64,000 nt of DNA from Phoronis australis. Its lineage: Eukaryota > Animalia > Phoronida. A model generated the notes under the pieces. That model was not told the DNA's origin. It did not search any database and was given only the letters and a program-made list of their open reading frames with translations. The position numbers and the translations under genes were made by a program. This document shows positions 1-12,367 of this stretch, piece after piece. Within the stretch, counting starts at the first letter, position 1; the number at the start of each line of letters is the position of its first letter. Location: NCBI GenBank assembly GCA_002633005.1, contig NMRA01000100.1:889822-953821 (forward strand), written 5' to 3'.

Positions 1-436
1 GTAGCTTTAGAAGAACTGTCGTATTGTCATAGCTTTCAGACAAAGCCCGTCAAGTTGCTTGTTTCAGCACGTAGTTTCAATCACCAGGTATTATGACCAT
101 GAGACGATTCATTGTAGCCAATTCAATGGATGAAAACCTAATGAGGTTGCTTTGGAAGAGCAATCATGACTGAAGGAAGTTGTTGTTTTTGACACCAGGG
201 CCTAGTTACATAAAAGCTATACCCTTGGATAGCAACAATGACGTCGCATTATGATACGTTGCATTATGACACGACATGTCACATTGGTATTGTTGAACAA
301 CATACTTGATGTCACACAACAAATTTTTGGACGTTTTATGCAACACAGCCCTTAACTTAATTTACAGTGTTCAACTATCGCGTAACCTTACTCCTTCAAA
401 GACGTGCTAATTTATCTTTGTTTGCTGACCTTTCAG

Positions 437-576
437 TGGTGAGACCCTAGATGTATTCCTACACAATGAAGCTGTCTACTGCCTGTCTATCCACCCTGAG
501 AACGACGATGTGTTTGCCAGCGCCTGTGACGATGGGAGGATTCTCATTTACGACACGAGACAACCAGCCGGAGAAG
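437..576 (+). CDS. DCAF5: DCAF5 (WDR22) internal WD40 exon; gene is 5'-truncated by the window edge
   Basis: tttcag| ... G|gtattg splice sites. Translates GETLDVFLHNEAVYCLSIHPENDDVFASACDDGRILIYDTRQPAGE, matching recalled DCAF5 ETLDVFAHEDAVYGLSVSPVNDNIFASSSDDGRVLIWDIR. Confidence 0.92.
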
Positions 577-1813
577 GTATTGTACTAGTGCAGACTGGCA
601 GGGAGAGTTTACAGGAATGAATTTGTTAATCCTAGAACAAAAATGTGCTCCAAGCAGACAAAAGATCTGTACCTCTCCCCTATATGCTCATAGTTAGGCT
701 CATATGCCTGTACGTGAAGTTATGCCCACATCTGTAATTAGACGCATGCATCCTCAAGTGCAGCAATCGAGTGAAACTTGGCTGGTCCATTACATTATGG
801 TAGATGTTGACATGTATTCAACTTAAGGTTATCCCAAACCTTATTTAGTGACCTCCATTCTTACTCCTTTAAAACACTAGGCTATGTCAACTTGTAAAAG
901 TATCTACTTTCTGAAAGAAAAAAGGGATGTTAAAAATATGTTTTATATTTGTGTGTCAGTATTGTTATTGTGTTACCACCTTTTTTAAGTCAAAATTTCA
1001 TTTTGAAGAAAGGTGCATTCATAGGTGATTGTAATGAAACTCTTTGTAATGAAACTTCACAATTTACTCAAAAACGCTGCTAGGAATTTTGGGTCACTCA
1101 TTTATTTTGGTTTATATGCCAAATTAACTCGCAAAACATAATGTATTTTTGTAAAAAAATAGCGGTCTTATTCGTCTATCTTTCGGTACATGAAAATTAG
1201 ACATTTAAAACGAAAATCCACATTGTCCTTGATATTGATGAATAAATATTAAAATTGGAAAGTTTCAGTGAAATCCACCAAGAACTTGTGTTCCTAAATT
1301 CAAATGAAGTCGATTCGCTAAAGCCAAGAAAACCTCAAAATGTCAAAATCTCACCTCTGTTGTATAACCTGCCTGAGCAACACAACGACGCGACTTGACT
1401 TGTGTACACCACCACCTATCAGAGAGTCATCGTATACATGAGGAACCCTTTCCAGCTGAAAATTGACCGTCGGACGGCCTTCGTCCGACGGTTGGAGTTT
1501 GCTAATGCGAACACAATAGCCCATTGAATTCAGTCCAGCTGCCTGGGCTGCTTGGTCACGTACGTAATCCTTTAATGACACCTCATTATGCCATAAAACT
1601 ACGTGNATAGCAACAATGACGTCGCATTATGATACGTTGCATTATGACACGACATGTCACATTGGTATTGTTGAACAACATACTTGTGTCATACAACAAA
1701 TTTTTGGAAGTTTTATGCAATGCAGCCCTGAACTTAATTTACAGTGTTCAACTATCGCGTAACCTTACTCCTTCAAAGACATGCTAATTTATCTTTGTTT
1801 GCTGACCTTTCAG

Positions 1814-1953
1814 TGGTGAGACCCTAGATGTATTCCTACACAATGAAGCTGTCTACTGCCTGTCTATCCACCCTGAGAACGACGACGTGTTTGCCAGCGC
1901 CTGTGACGATGGGAGGATTCTCATTTACGACACGAGACAACCAGCCGGAGAAG
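1814..1953 (+). CDS. DCAF5: Second copy of the same DCAF5 exon (probably the other haplotype, an assembly duplicate)
   Basis: Same protein sequence as 437-576 (one synonymous GAT/GAC change). Lies inside the duplicated block 1607-2813, which is bounded by n at 1606 and 2814. Confidence 0.75.
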
Positions 1954-3136
1954 GTACTGTACTAATGCAGACTGGCAGGGAGAGTTTACAGGAATGAATT
2001 TGTTAATCCTAGAACAAAAATGTGCTCCAAGCAGACAAAAGATCTGTACCTCTCCCCTATATGCACATAGTTAGGCTCATATGCCTGTACGTGAAGTTAT
2101 GCCCACATCTGTAATTAGACGCATGCATCCTCAAGTGCAGCAATCGAATGAAACTTGGCTGGTCCATTACACTATGGTAGATGTTGACGTGTATTCAACT
2201 TAAGGTTAACCCAATCCTTATTTAGTGACCTCCATTCTTACTCTTATAAAAAACTAGGCTATGTCAACTTGTAAAAGTATCTACTTTCTGAAAGAAAAAA
2301 GATCAGGAATTTTAAAAATATGTTTTATATTTCTGTGCCAGTATTGTTATTGTGTTGCCACCTTTTTTAAGTCAAAATTTCATTTTGAAGAAAAATGCAT
2401 TCATAGGCGATTGTAATGAAACTCTTTATAATGAAATTTCACAATTTACTCAAAAACGCTGCTAGGAATTTTGGGTCACTCATTTATTTTGGTTTATATG
2501 CCAAATTAACTCGCAAAACATAGTGTATTTTTGTAAAAAAAATAGCAGTCTTATTCGTCTATCTTTCGGTACACGAAAATTAGACATTTAAAACGAAAAT
2601 CCTTACATTGTCCTTGATATTGATGAATAAATATTAAAATTGGAAAGTTTCAGTGAAATCCACCAAGAACTTGTGTTCCTAAGTTCAAATGAAGTCGATT
2701 CGCTAAAGCCAAGAAAACCTCAAAATGTCAAAATCTGTTGTATAACCTGCCTGAGCAACACAACGACGCGACTTGACTTGTGTACACCATCACTTATCAG
2801 AGAGTCATCGTATNAAAATTCGTTCTCAGCCAATGTAACTACCTTATAACAGGTTTCTGGTTCCTCCATATGAAAATCCAGGTCAAAAAGAAGGTCACAA
2901 GTAGTCCTATTCAGTTGGAGAATTTTATGATGCCATCTTAACTGAGGCAGGCCAGCCAGCTGGCTCTCTATTGTGTTGGCAGGGAATGGGGTAATTGAAA
3001 CTTGCCCTTCAGTTAACAATTCTAATTGGGTTTTGGCTTGAATTTTCAGCAGGGATAGATTCGTCATGACCACCAAAAAATGCAGCAAAATTTGACTGAG
3101 GGAATGTATCGTGTTCTTACATCATTCATGTTTCAG

Positions 3137-3266
3137 AGCCTTTCTGTTTGGCCAATTACACAGCTGCCATGCACAGTGTCATGTTCAATCCTGTGGAACC
3201 TCGACTTGTCGCCTCGGCTAACTCCAAAGAAGGTATCGCTCTGTGGGACGTCCGCAAACCTCGGAG
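3137..3266 (+). CDS. DCAF5: DCAF5 exon
   Basis: tttcag|AG...AG|gtctga. Encodes (E)PFCLANYTAAMHSVMFNPVEPRLVASANSKEGIALWDVRKPR; phases fit both neighbouring exons. Confidence 0.95.
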
Positions 3267-3721
3267 GTCTGATTTCATCTTTGTAATTAACATAATCTAT
3301 AGCTATTTTTCAGTGAGGCTCACCGCTGACTGAAAGGTACAAGCTCAGCTGTGTACCACGAGGAAAATTTGCTTCACATTATTGTAACCCACATACAGTG
3401 AGGCAATATGCTCACTGGCCGGTAAACTATTATAGTAATCAGTGTAAATGTACTACACACAGTCACAATGAGCCAGCTTTAGAAATTAGTTATGTCGGGT
3501 GATGCAATTATTAGTTTCATTGGTTATCGAAGGTAGTCGCTTAAACACTTAGCTAATCTCACCCATATAATATGAATATTGGTGCTCCCCAGATAAAAGA
3601 AATCCGACAAGTGAGGCAATTGCAAGGCAAAATCCTCATGGTTCATTTTGTCACAGACGTGAGGTTTGAGCTAAGCTCATTTGCATTCATGTTTCGTAGC
3701 TTTCTGTCCGCGCTAGTCTTA

Positions 3722-3821
3722 AGTGCACTTACATGAACAGTGCATTTACATGGACAGTGCACTTATGAACAGTGCACTTACATGGACAGTGCACTTACAT
3801 AAACAGTGCACTTACATGGAC
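3722..3821. repeat. 17-bp minisatellite AGTGCACTTACATGRAC x6
   Basis: Six tandem units are directly visible, one with a 2-nt deletion. Confidence 0.9.
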
Positions 3822-5222
3822 AATTCTAAATGCTATTTTGGTAATTTACCATGCCGAAACACATTTTATTAGCAGTTGTGACTCTGGCGTCCATCTCGAC
3901 AAAGTGTATTTTCTCAGCAGGTAGTCCATAGTTTTACTTGGATTTGCCAATCAAAATCTAAATCCACTACCAGTGGCGTCAATAGGAATTAATTAATTTA
4001 TTAATTGAAATAGTTATTCAAAATAGAAATTAAGAAGTCAATGTTAATGCCATTAGTAGTTCAGATATCTTCATTTAGTATTATTATAACAGATAGGCAG
4101 TATTATCACCATCCTACCAGGTACTGCCCAAAGTCTAGAAACATGTAGGAAAATACGTATACACTGAGTTTACCTATTTGCTGAATGTTGATGTCTCTAG
4201 AAATTACACTTGTCAAATGCTAACTAAAATATTTTACAAAAATTGCAAAAATTAATTTTTTCTTGAAATGTGTTAGTATTCATTCAAAGCATACAATGCA
4301 GTCCAAAATATGTTTCTTGTTTAATGTAATGAATATGCGAACTTCAAATAGTAAATCACACATCATACTTGCTTCTTGTAGTTTTAAAAACAACTTCAGA
4401 CAAACTGTTACAATGAAACCTCCTGTTGTTGTCAAAGTTCTTTGTAATCAATTAGCTTGGAGGTATTGAATGGAACCTTATAAGCTAATGGACATTACAA
4501 ATCAAGTACACTGTAAAGCAGTTTGGCTGTACCCAAATTTTATAAACTGTTGTCATGACAACTATGTTAACTTTTTTAGACAAAAATGGCAATTTGATAA
4601 CTCCATCTAAATGAAATGTTTTGGTAAGCGCATAACACTTTACATATCTGGTGTTCAAGATAGATATGCCACACTTCATCTCAAATCACTGTCTTTGATA
4701 AGACCTTGAACAATATGAAAATCCAGAAGGCTGAATTAGGCCTTCTCAAGTTCTATTTACTCAAAATCCAATGGGTCATGCAGTCACGGAAAAAATAACT
4801 GCCAAAAAATAGTGGTGAATCACAAATCACATTATTTTGCAACTCATTGATAGTTACATGTTCATAGGTTGGAAATCTTTGAACGGCATTCCTGTCTTAC
4901 AGTGAGCCCAAATGTGGAACTCTTGAAAGAATTTGAGTCAAAATAATAATTTGTCTCAATACTTTTCTTGCCTGAATAACACTTGATTGTAATCATTAAA
5001 ACAAAATGTAGAAATCATTTTGTTGTTGATATGGAGCGGTTTCGGGGGGGGGGGTTGGGAGCTAGAGTTGGCCAACCCTGTCAAAATCAGTATTATCGAT
5101 ATGAATAGCTTTGTTAGACTAGGTATTGTGGATGGTTTTGTCTGAATACTCTTTGCCTGTACTTTAGCTGTTTGCTGACAAATTACATTTCTTCCATTGC
5201 TACTTTTTACTGTTCATTCCAG

Positions 5223-5436
5223 TTGCCTGTTACGATTTGGCTCTGGTCTATCGTCTCACAGCGGTATGAGTGTTCGCTGGAATCACCATGGTGACCAACT
5301 GTTGGCTCTACGTCGCCGCATGCCCCCTGTGTTATACTCTGTGTCGTCCACTAAGGTGCTCTGCCAGTTTGACCACCAGGGCTACTACAACTCGTGCACC
5401 ATGAAAAGTTGTTGTTTTGCTGGCGAAAATGACGAG
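5223..5436 (+). CDS. DCAF5: DCAF5 exon
   Basis: ttccag|T...GAG|gtgagg. Encodes CLLRFGSGLSSHSGMSVRWNHHGDQLLALRRRMPPVLY...YYNSCTMKSCCFAGENDE, including the DCAF5 hallmarks LALRRRxPPVLY and NSCTMKSCCFAG. Confidence 0.96.
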
Positions 5437-5680
5437 GTGAGGTGCTCGTAATGAGATTTCTGTCTTTGATGAGCCCACTTTCATTTTGGGGAGTTACACA
5501 TTGTAACATGGTTTGTATAGCCTGGCCTGTTATTATCAGTGTCGGGTTACAACGCATGTTTGGCAGTTGAAACGCGCCTCCTAGAGAGTCGCACATATTG
5601 TGCTTGAGTTGCTGACACGTAAATAGAATTATTGAGCTCTGTGAGACCTGTGTGTTATATTTCCTTCTATTTATTTGCAG

Positions 5681-5750
5681 TATGTCATGTCAGGCTCTGA
5701 TGACTTCAATGTGTACATGTGGAAGATTCCAAATACCTTGGATTGTGATG
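5681..5750 (+). CDS. DCAF5: DCAF5 exon
   Basis: ttgcag|TAT...G|gtgagt. Encodes YVMSGSDDFNVYMWKIPNTLDCD. Confidence 0.95.
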
Positions 5751-6307
5751 GTGAGTATCTGAGCACATGCTCTGACAAGTTTCGTAAAATCAATTTTGTT
5801 CTGCCTGGTTAACATGGATTTTGTCATGAGTGTACAAGCTCCCATATCTTAGGCTAAGTACCTTCTAATACATCTACAATATTTTGAATTAAATATTTAA
5901 TGGTGGAACGTATTGTTTAAAAAAACAATGTTGTGGGTGTTTTTATAGTTGGCAATACCCCTACCATAGGATTCATTTTTGGCTAAGTGTTTCTATGTTG
6001 CTACACATTGTTTTGCCAAATATAATTAAGTTGACTTTTGATTACAGTACTGCTGTGGATTTTTTGTGAATGTTGCAGGAAAGGTTTAATTATCACGCGT
6101 TGTGTGAAATAGAAACAGTCAAGTAGTTAGCTGCAATTGGTTTGTGGATTTAGCAGATGTCTTGTAGCACTAAACTTGCACAATCAGAAATGCTAACCCC
6201 TAAATGAAGTCTATTATTGTGCTTAATAATAGAACAGTTACTGTGCTAATGTCACTTAAAGTGATCATTGGTTTGTTAATAAATGATGTTGAACACCTGT
6301 TTTGCAG

Positions 6308-6426
6308 AGGCATTTGTGAAGGAAGCCCACATAATTCTGCGTGGACACAGGTCTATAGTCAACCAGACTAGGTTCAACTCCTCAAATGGTTTAGTAGCGT
6401 CCTCTGGTGTTGAGAAAGTAGTGAAG
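6308..6426 (+). CDS. DCAF5: DCAF5 exon
   Basis: ttgcag|AG...AAG|gtgtga. Encodes (E)AFVKEAHIILRGHRSIVNQTRFNSSNGLVASSGVEKVVK. Confidence 0.95.
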
Positions 6427-6461
6427 GTGTGAAAGAAGCAGTTGTTAAAATCTTCATGCTA

Positions 6462-6920
6462 CAGGGTGTCCATGAAAAGTCTCTTTACAATTTAAAAAAG
6501 TTATTACACAAGCTAATTAATAGACAAATATGTGAAAATTTAATCAAAACGGGGAGTAGATATTGAATTTTTTGCCTCATTTAATACACCCCTGCGTGGG
6601 TATCATTAAGTTCATGTTTGATTTGGCATATCATCGTGTGACAGTTCTTGGGCTGGTTTTTGTTTGCTGTGTTAAAAGTATATCTAATTTTGTCTTGGCC
6701 AATTAACGTGACAAGCTTGTGTCATTGAAGAATAGGCATTTTTACAGGCGACAGTTTAACACATCTAATTTTATTAAATGGGTGTACCTGAATCTCACAA
6801 AAACAATGTGATGAGAAAGTTTAATAACCACCCAGTACATGCAGCAAATCTGGTTAAAAATTTCAGCAATTGAATTTGTAACATTTTTTTAAATTATAAG
6901 TTGACTTTGTGGACACTAAG
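6462..6920. mobile_element. Tc1/mariner-type MITE in a DCAF5 intron
   Basis: Starts TA|CAGGGTGTCCATGAAAAGTC..TTACAATTTAAAAAAG. A degenerate inverted copy lies at ~6875-6920. Confidence 0.55.
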
Positions 6921-7706
6921 TGTTATTTGTGTTTAATTAAATTCACTGATTGTTGTTTTTCGTGTGAGAATGAATTTAGGACTTTGTTGTTTAGAAATAT
7001 CAATCTACTATTAGCAGGACTGGCGTCCCTAATTGCTCTTAATTTATAGTTCGGTAACCGTAAAAAGGGATAAGCTTAGCAAACAGTTATTTTTTTAATT
7101 ATAGTTTGAATTATCAAGGAAGTTTTTTTCTTTTAAGGTTTTATTCTGAAAAACAATTTACTCTGTTGAAAGGTCTGACTATTAAAGACCTTGATTTTCC
7201 TCGATGGTGGGAAAGCCTACAGAATTGATGAAGCCTGACTTCTTTCTGAGAAGTTTCAAACAAAGATTTCTTATTTGTTAGCAGATACCATAATTCTGAC
7301 ATTTTTGGTATTTGTGTAATTAACAAAAATTATGAGTATAATCCATCAAATTTGTTACCCAGGAATGATTCTGGCCACAAATCGGTCAACAATCTTTTCG
7401 TAACGGACATGTTCAAGTAGTTGTTCATTCTTTCTGAATGTGGAGCTATTCTTTTTCCACTTTTGAGAAACAGTAAACCTGGTGTGGAGCTGCATTATAA
7501 ATGCCTGAGGAAAAGTAGGGCAATTCAAAAACATTTTTATGCTCATTACTTTGGGATAGTTGGACAGAATTACCTAATTAACAACACGGAAATACTGGAA
7601 TTTTGTGTTTTTCTAGAAAGGAATTCTCTGTTTTTGAAAACAGAAAATCAGGTTCTGCAGATAATATTAGAGTTCTGGTACTTGACTTGCACGTTTGTTC
7701 TTACAG

Positions 7707-8921
7707 GTGTGGAGTCCATTTTCTATTGGTGCACACAGTGACGAGGAGTTTCAGGAGAGGTCCATTTACTCGCATGAAGAGTACGTCAACATGGTGTTGA
7801 GGAGTGGTCACATGATGACACATGACTACTCTCAGGAGTCGACGGAGGAGGACCCTCGCATGATTGCGTTCTTTGACTCGCTTGTTCAGCGCGAGTTGGA
7901 AGGTTGGAGTGATAGCAGCGATAGTGATGACAACCAGGGAGTCAATAATGGTGGGGCAATGACTGATGATGCACGCCTGCAGTTTTATGAATCAGTACTT
8001 CGCAGTGAGTCTACGAATGGTAGTGATTCAGCCTCTGATGTGCACGATGGTGGTGATGATTCTGACCCTGATGTGCTTTCATCTGATGACAGTGGTCGTC
8101 TTCGAAGTGCTAGTAACAGTGGTAATGCCAGTAGCGGTAGTAACAGTCACCGCGCTGTGTTGGAGAATGTCGCCTTGGGCGCTCAAGAAATATTGGACGC
8201 TCTGGACCGAGTGCAGAGGGAGCTGGATACTTTGTCAGATGTCGAAGGGGATGATAGCGCTGCTGCTGCTGCTGCGGCGGGGCAGAATAAACGCAGTATT
8301 TCAGAACTGATTGCTCAGAAGCGGGAGAATATTGCAAAGAAAATAGCCAGTAAGAACCGCCCCAAAACATTGTCTAAAAAGACTGATTCGTCATCGAATA
8401 CACTGAGTGGGAGTTCCCTGTCATCTTCAAGCTCCGAGTCGGACCTAGAATCGAGTCAAGACAGGTCTGAGGTTCGTTCTAAAAGCAGTAGCATAAAGTC
8501 TAAACTAAAAAGACTTCGTCACATGAGAAAAGATGTTCTTGAAAGCAACTCAGATTCTACACCAGATGATGACGATGAAAACCCCAGTGGAAAAAGCTAT
8601 TCTAGCAAAAATGGAGCTTTGGACTCTACTGAACCATCGGATCTTACAACGCCATACACTACAAGTCAACAGACATCAACAGACACTGTTGTCGGAGGTA
8701 GTAAAAGTACTTGTGTTTCTGACAATGGAGCCTTTCCCAGCACTTCACGGACACAGGCACTCAGTCCGAGTGAAGAGGAGGGGCCCACATGGGCCAAATT
8801 TAAACAATTTAGGAACAAACTAGAAAAAGCTCGGAGACACTACAGGAGACAAGTGTCACAGTCAAGTGAGGAGGAGTCCCAAGGTAACGAGAAGAAGAAG
8901 AAGAAGGCGAGACATAAATGA
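7707..8921 (+). CDS. DCAF5: DCAF5 terminal coding exon: conserved post-WD segment plus a long Ser/Asp-rich disordered tail ending in a basic NLS-like motif
   Basis: ttacag|GTG. Encodes VWSPF...YSHEEYVNMVLRSG...HDYSQESTEEDPRMIAFFDSLVQRELEGWSDSSDSD, matching DCAF5. Stop TGA at 8919-8921. Confidence 0.95.
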   Translation: MWSPFSIGAHSDEEFQERSIYSHEEYVNMVLRSGHMMTHDYSQESTEEDPRMIAFFDSLVQRELEGWSDSSDSDDNQGVNNGGAMTDDARLQFYESVLRSESTNGSDSASDVHDGGDDSDPDVLSSDDSGRLRSASNSGNASSGSNSHRAVLENVALGAQEILDALDRVQRELDTLSDVEGDDSAAAAAAAGQNKRSISELIAQKRENIAKKIASKNRPKTLSKKTDSSSNTLSGSSLSSSSSESDLESSQDRSEVRSKSSSIKSKLKRLRHMRKDVLESNSDSTPDDDDENPSGKSYSSKNGALDSTEPSDLTTPYTTSQQTSTDTVVGGSKSTCVSDNGAFPSTSRTQALSPSEEEGPTWAKFKQFRNKLEKARRHYRRQVSQSSEEESQGNEKKKKKARHK

Positions 8922-9025
8922 GGCTATTGTTTTTGTTAAGGACACGTTTTGGCACATTTTTGTTAAGGATAAACAAGGGCAAGTTTTGACTCATTTTGTG
9001 TGTTCAGATGTTACCTATTGTACTG

Positions 9026-9272
9026 TGGCCAGTTCTAAGAAAACTGACTTAGCTAAGACAAATCTTTCATTTCAGCCAATTTTAAGATAAAACAAATTTT
9101 CTCAAGTCTGTTTCAAGAAAGAGATCTTAACTTTGACAAAGTTTTTGTCTTAAGTTTTGTCGTAATTTTGACTATTTTTACCAGATGTGGAAGTTTCAAA
9201 GTTTGGAAGTTGAGACAAATCTTAGACTTTTAAGTCAAAAATGAATTTAAGTCAGTTTCTTGGAATGGGCCC
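9026..9272. mobile_element. PIF/Harbinger-type MITE in the DCAF5 3'UTR
   Basis: TIRs TGGCCAGTTCTAAGAAAACTGACTTA and revcomp GGGCCCATTCCAAGAAACTGACTTA. 3-bp CTG target-site duplication at 9023-9025 and 9273-9275. Confidence 0.7.
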
Positions 9273-9976
9273 CTGATCTTTTGATGCTCTCCTCCATTCT
9301 TTAAACAGTGGGGGGCCTGCTTCATGAAAAATGACTCAAAACTGCATGAAATTTGGTCTTGCGCTCCACACAACTGTTTTTAGCTAAATACAAAGTCTTT
9401 GAGATTGTACTCATAATTGCTAATAATACTGTAGACTTAATTGCTACTCTGTGATGTGCCAACAATTACATAAAAGTTCTGAATTAAAGATGTATAGTCT
9501 CATTAAATTATGAATATGCAAACGAAGTACTAATTTTCAAACAACCCCAGGACAACCCCAGGTCCTCCAGTGTGCCGCAAACCATCTGAGAACCAGTTGC
9601 CATTACCATCTCGCAAATGTCTCGGTTTGCGAGATTATTTTTATGTAAATGAGTATGATAATATTTCATCATTACCCTAATGCAAGAAAGCGCAATTTTT
9701 ATTACTTTTTTATTTCACTATCTAATAACAATTGCGAAATATTTGGAATTGCTAGGGTTTTGTATGTTTGGACTTGTTTTTAAGTTTATCAAGTGTGGTG
9801 TTTTCTTTAACACTGCAATTTATTTTCAAATAGTTTTTTTCCTGATTATTCTTGTACACACAGTTCTCCAGGAAGTCATTAGGTGGAGTTTGGTACAATT
9901 TGAATATTCAGTTTTAATGAGACATAACATCTTTAAGCCTTTTTATGTGCCCACATATTTAATATGTATTGGTGCA

Positions 9977-11588
9977 TTATATAGCCATCCCTGTCCGAGT
10001 GTCCTTTCTCATCTGCTGCTTATTTCCAAAACTCCTAGGATGGATGTTCGTGAAATTTTGCAGATATGTTCTTTTCATGGATGAGATAGAATGACCAAGG
10101 ATCCAACTGCCAGTGTGCCATTCAATGACATAAGCATTTAATTTTGTCTTTGCATCTTCGGAGTTCCTTAATGGATTTTCATGAAATTTGTCAAATAATT
10201 ATCAGAAAGACGACGTCATCTTCCCATTTTTAGATGGGTTCAAATATATTTTGCCACACCTAGTGGCAATTTTTTTTCTATTTTCGAGTGGATTTATCGA
10301 CCAAACCACTCTTGGGATACTTATGAAAATTGGTATATGTGCTCTTATTGGGAAGAGGGTGGCTAAATAGGATTGTCAGATAGCTTCGACTGCTGAGGTG
10401 CCTCCTAGTGGTGGTAGTTTTTTTTTGCATCCCTGTTTGTATCTCATATAAAAGATCTTTGTTAAGTGTATTTCTACGAAGGTGACAAATGATGATGACG
10501 ACAATTTTATTTTATTCCGTTTTCCTTTGAATCTTTGGAGTTCCTTGACAGATTAATATGAAATCTAAATAGGTCTATTAAAGAGATGATGGCATCTTCC
10601 TGTTTTCAGGTGGATTGTAGGCAGTTTACACCACCTAGTGGCCATTTTTATTGTCTGAGTTATTGGCCTCTGTCTTTCTTTTGCCCACCTTACACTCTAA
10701 GGGTCCTTATGAAAACTGGGACCAGTATTCTTATTGGGAAGAGCACGGTTGCAATCATTGCCATCAAAGTACCATGATCAGGCTGTACCATTTACAACAT
10801 AGTTACTGAGGTGGAGCGGGATTAACTTCTGTCTGAACAAGAATGTTTGTGTGTGCGACTCGGTGAATGATTCAGCATGATGTCCTTGGAAACCAAAACT
10901 AGCTTGTGTGAGAATGTACTAGAAACAACACAAAAACGTAAGCAGTGTTAAAAGATATTGTCAGATTTCGTTACTAGCATGAAAAGTCCATGATTTGTAA
11001 TTTTCTCTCATTGCTGTGAATGGTTCCATGGGACGGCATCCAACACTGTATTGGCCAAACCACTCTAAGGATAATTGAAAACTGGCCTGTAAAGTGTGTG
11101 GCTAGCTATGATTTTTGGACTGTTGCCATGCCTTCAAGTGGCAAATTTTTCGGCCTCCAAGTTTCTTCACTTGATGGATCTTCTGAAATGTATACCTGTT
11201 TTAAGTGTCAGATCTGTCTACTGCAGAGCCCCCAGTGGCAATTTGGTTTTCCTTTGTTTCTGTTTATTTGATATCTTTATGGATATTCATGAAATATGGC
11301 TGTTTCAGATGGGTTTGATATAGGTTACACCTCCTAGTAACCTTTTCAGTGTTTTCATCAAGTTCTTTGTTGCCCACCTCCACACTTCGCGAAGAATCAT
11401 GATGAAGGGTGGCAGGTGTGTTCCTATCGAGGAGCATTGATGACTTGCTGTGCACCCTATAGAGGCTATTTTAAGTTCACTAGTGTTTCTCGTTCCTGGG
11501 AGCATTGAAAATAATGGCCACCCATTGTATCTGTGCTATATGCGATGCACATGGTGGGCGCATATCAAGGCTCTACTTTGCTCTTGTT
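9977..11588. mobile_element. Old non-autonomous element with internal diverged repeat units (Helentron/HINE-like)
   Basis: 10140-10370 is similar to 10520-10745 and partly to 11060-11345. The end ...GGTGGGCG...CTCTTGTT resembles recalled Helentron-associated termini. The class call is an inference. Confidence 0.4.
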
Positions 11589-12361
11589 AAAATAAGTCAT
11601 TTTTGATGATACTGGGCCCTGACTCTAGTGGTTCCAGTGGTTCCTAACCTGACTTCATGATAAACTAAAAAAATGTGTAGTGTACAGTAAAGCATTTTGA
11701 ATTTAGAACCATGCAGGTAGTCCTTTTAAAAATCTTTGTTTCCTGTTAGCTCTTTTTGTTAAAGTTGCTGTATTCAAGATTTTGTAATAAGATGGTTAGA
11801 TTCAAATTAAACCAATTTATGTTAAACATCAAAGGAATCATGATCTTTTATCAAGGCACAAAAAATCCCCAAATCCATGTGTCCTCGAATTCTGTAACAA
11901 GGTGAATCTGTATCCCCTGAAATGTTTGAAACTTTGCCAGTCAAATACCAATGATATGAATGTGTTTGAGGAAAAAATTCAAAACTGGAAACTGGTCAAA
12001 TCTTATCAAGTTTGAATTTCAAACATTGGAAAGCCAATGAAAAGACAAAAACAAGGATTCAGATATTTTCATGGATTCGTTTTAAGTGGCTTAGAATTAC
12101 GAACACATGTAGATTTCTGAGATTTCACCTGACTGAAGTATGGTTACTTTTAAGTTATTATTTGTTTCGGAAAATAGGTTGATCATTGTCTCTCGATTAC
12201 ATGGTAATTATAGCAAGGATTTTAGTATATTTACTACTATCTATTGGCAATAGTCAATCAATCAACTTTTTTGAGATGCTTTCTCAAAACAGTATCAGCC
12301 ATTAAGACAATTTCAACTGGAGAATTTTCTAATATGAAGATGTGTCTGTGTGAATTTTAAA

Positions 12362-12367
12362 AATAAA
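12362..12367 (+). promoter_or_regulatory. Candidate DCAF5 polyadenylation signal
   Basis: First AATAAA I found after the stop codon, followed by T-rich sequence. Implies a ~3.4-kb 3'UTR; earlier ATTAAA variants also exist. Confidence 0.4.

Larger units (their letters stand above)
229..2813. repeat. ~1.2-kb near-identical duplication (229-1435 vs 1607-2813), likely an uncollapsed allele
   Basis: Copy 2 starts right after n1606 and ends right before n2814. The copies differ only by scattered SNPs and small indels. Confidence 0.85.

Noticed and set aside
1466-1492. 11-bp GC-rich hairpin resembling an intrinsic terminator, and ORF 1351-1581
   Set aside because: Eukaryotic intron with no U-tract, likely internal to a repeat. 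The ORF has no recognisable motif.
3722-3821. Tandem 17-mers as a possible CRISPR or regulatory array
   Set aside because: Head-to-tail minisatellite without spacers.
7966-9090. Overlapping alternative-frame and antisense ORFs in the DCAF5 last exon
   Set aside because: These are shadow ORFs of low-complexity coding sequence.
9680-10084. 134-aa hydrophobic ORF downstream of DCAF5
   Set aside because: The hydrophobicity reflects T-rich UTR sequence, and the ORF runs into a repeat with no family motif.
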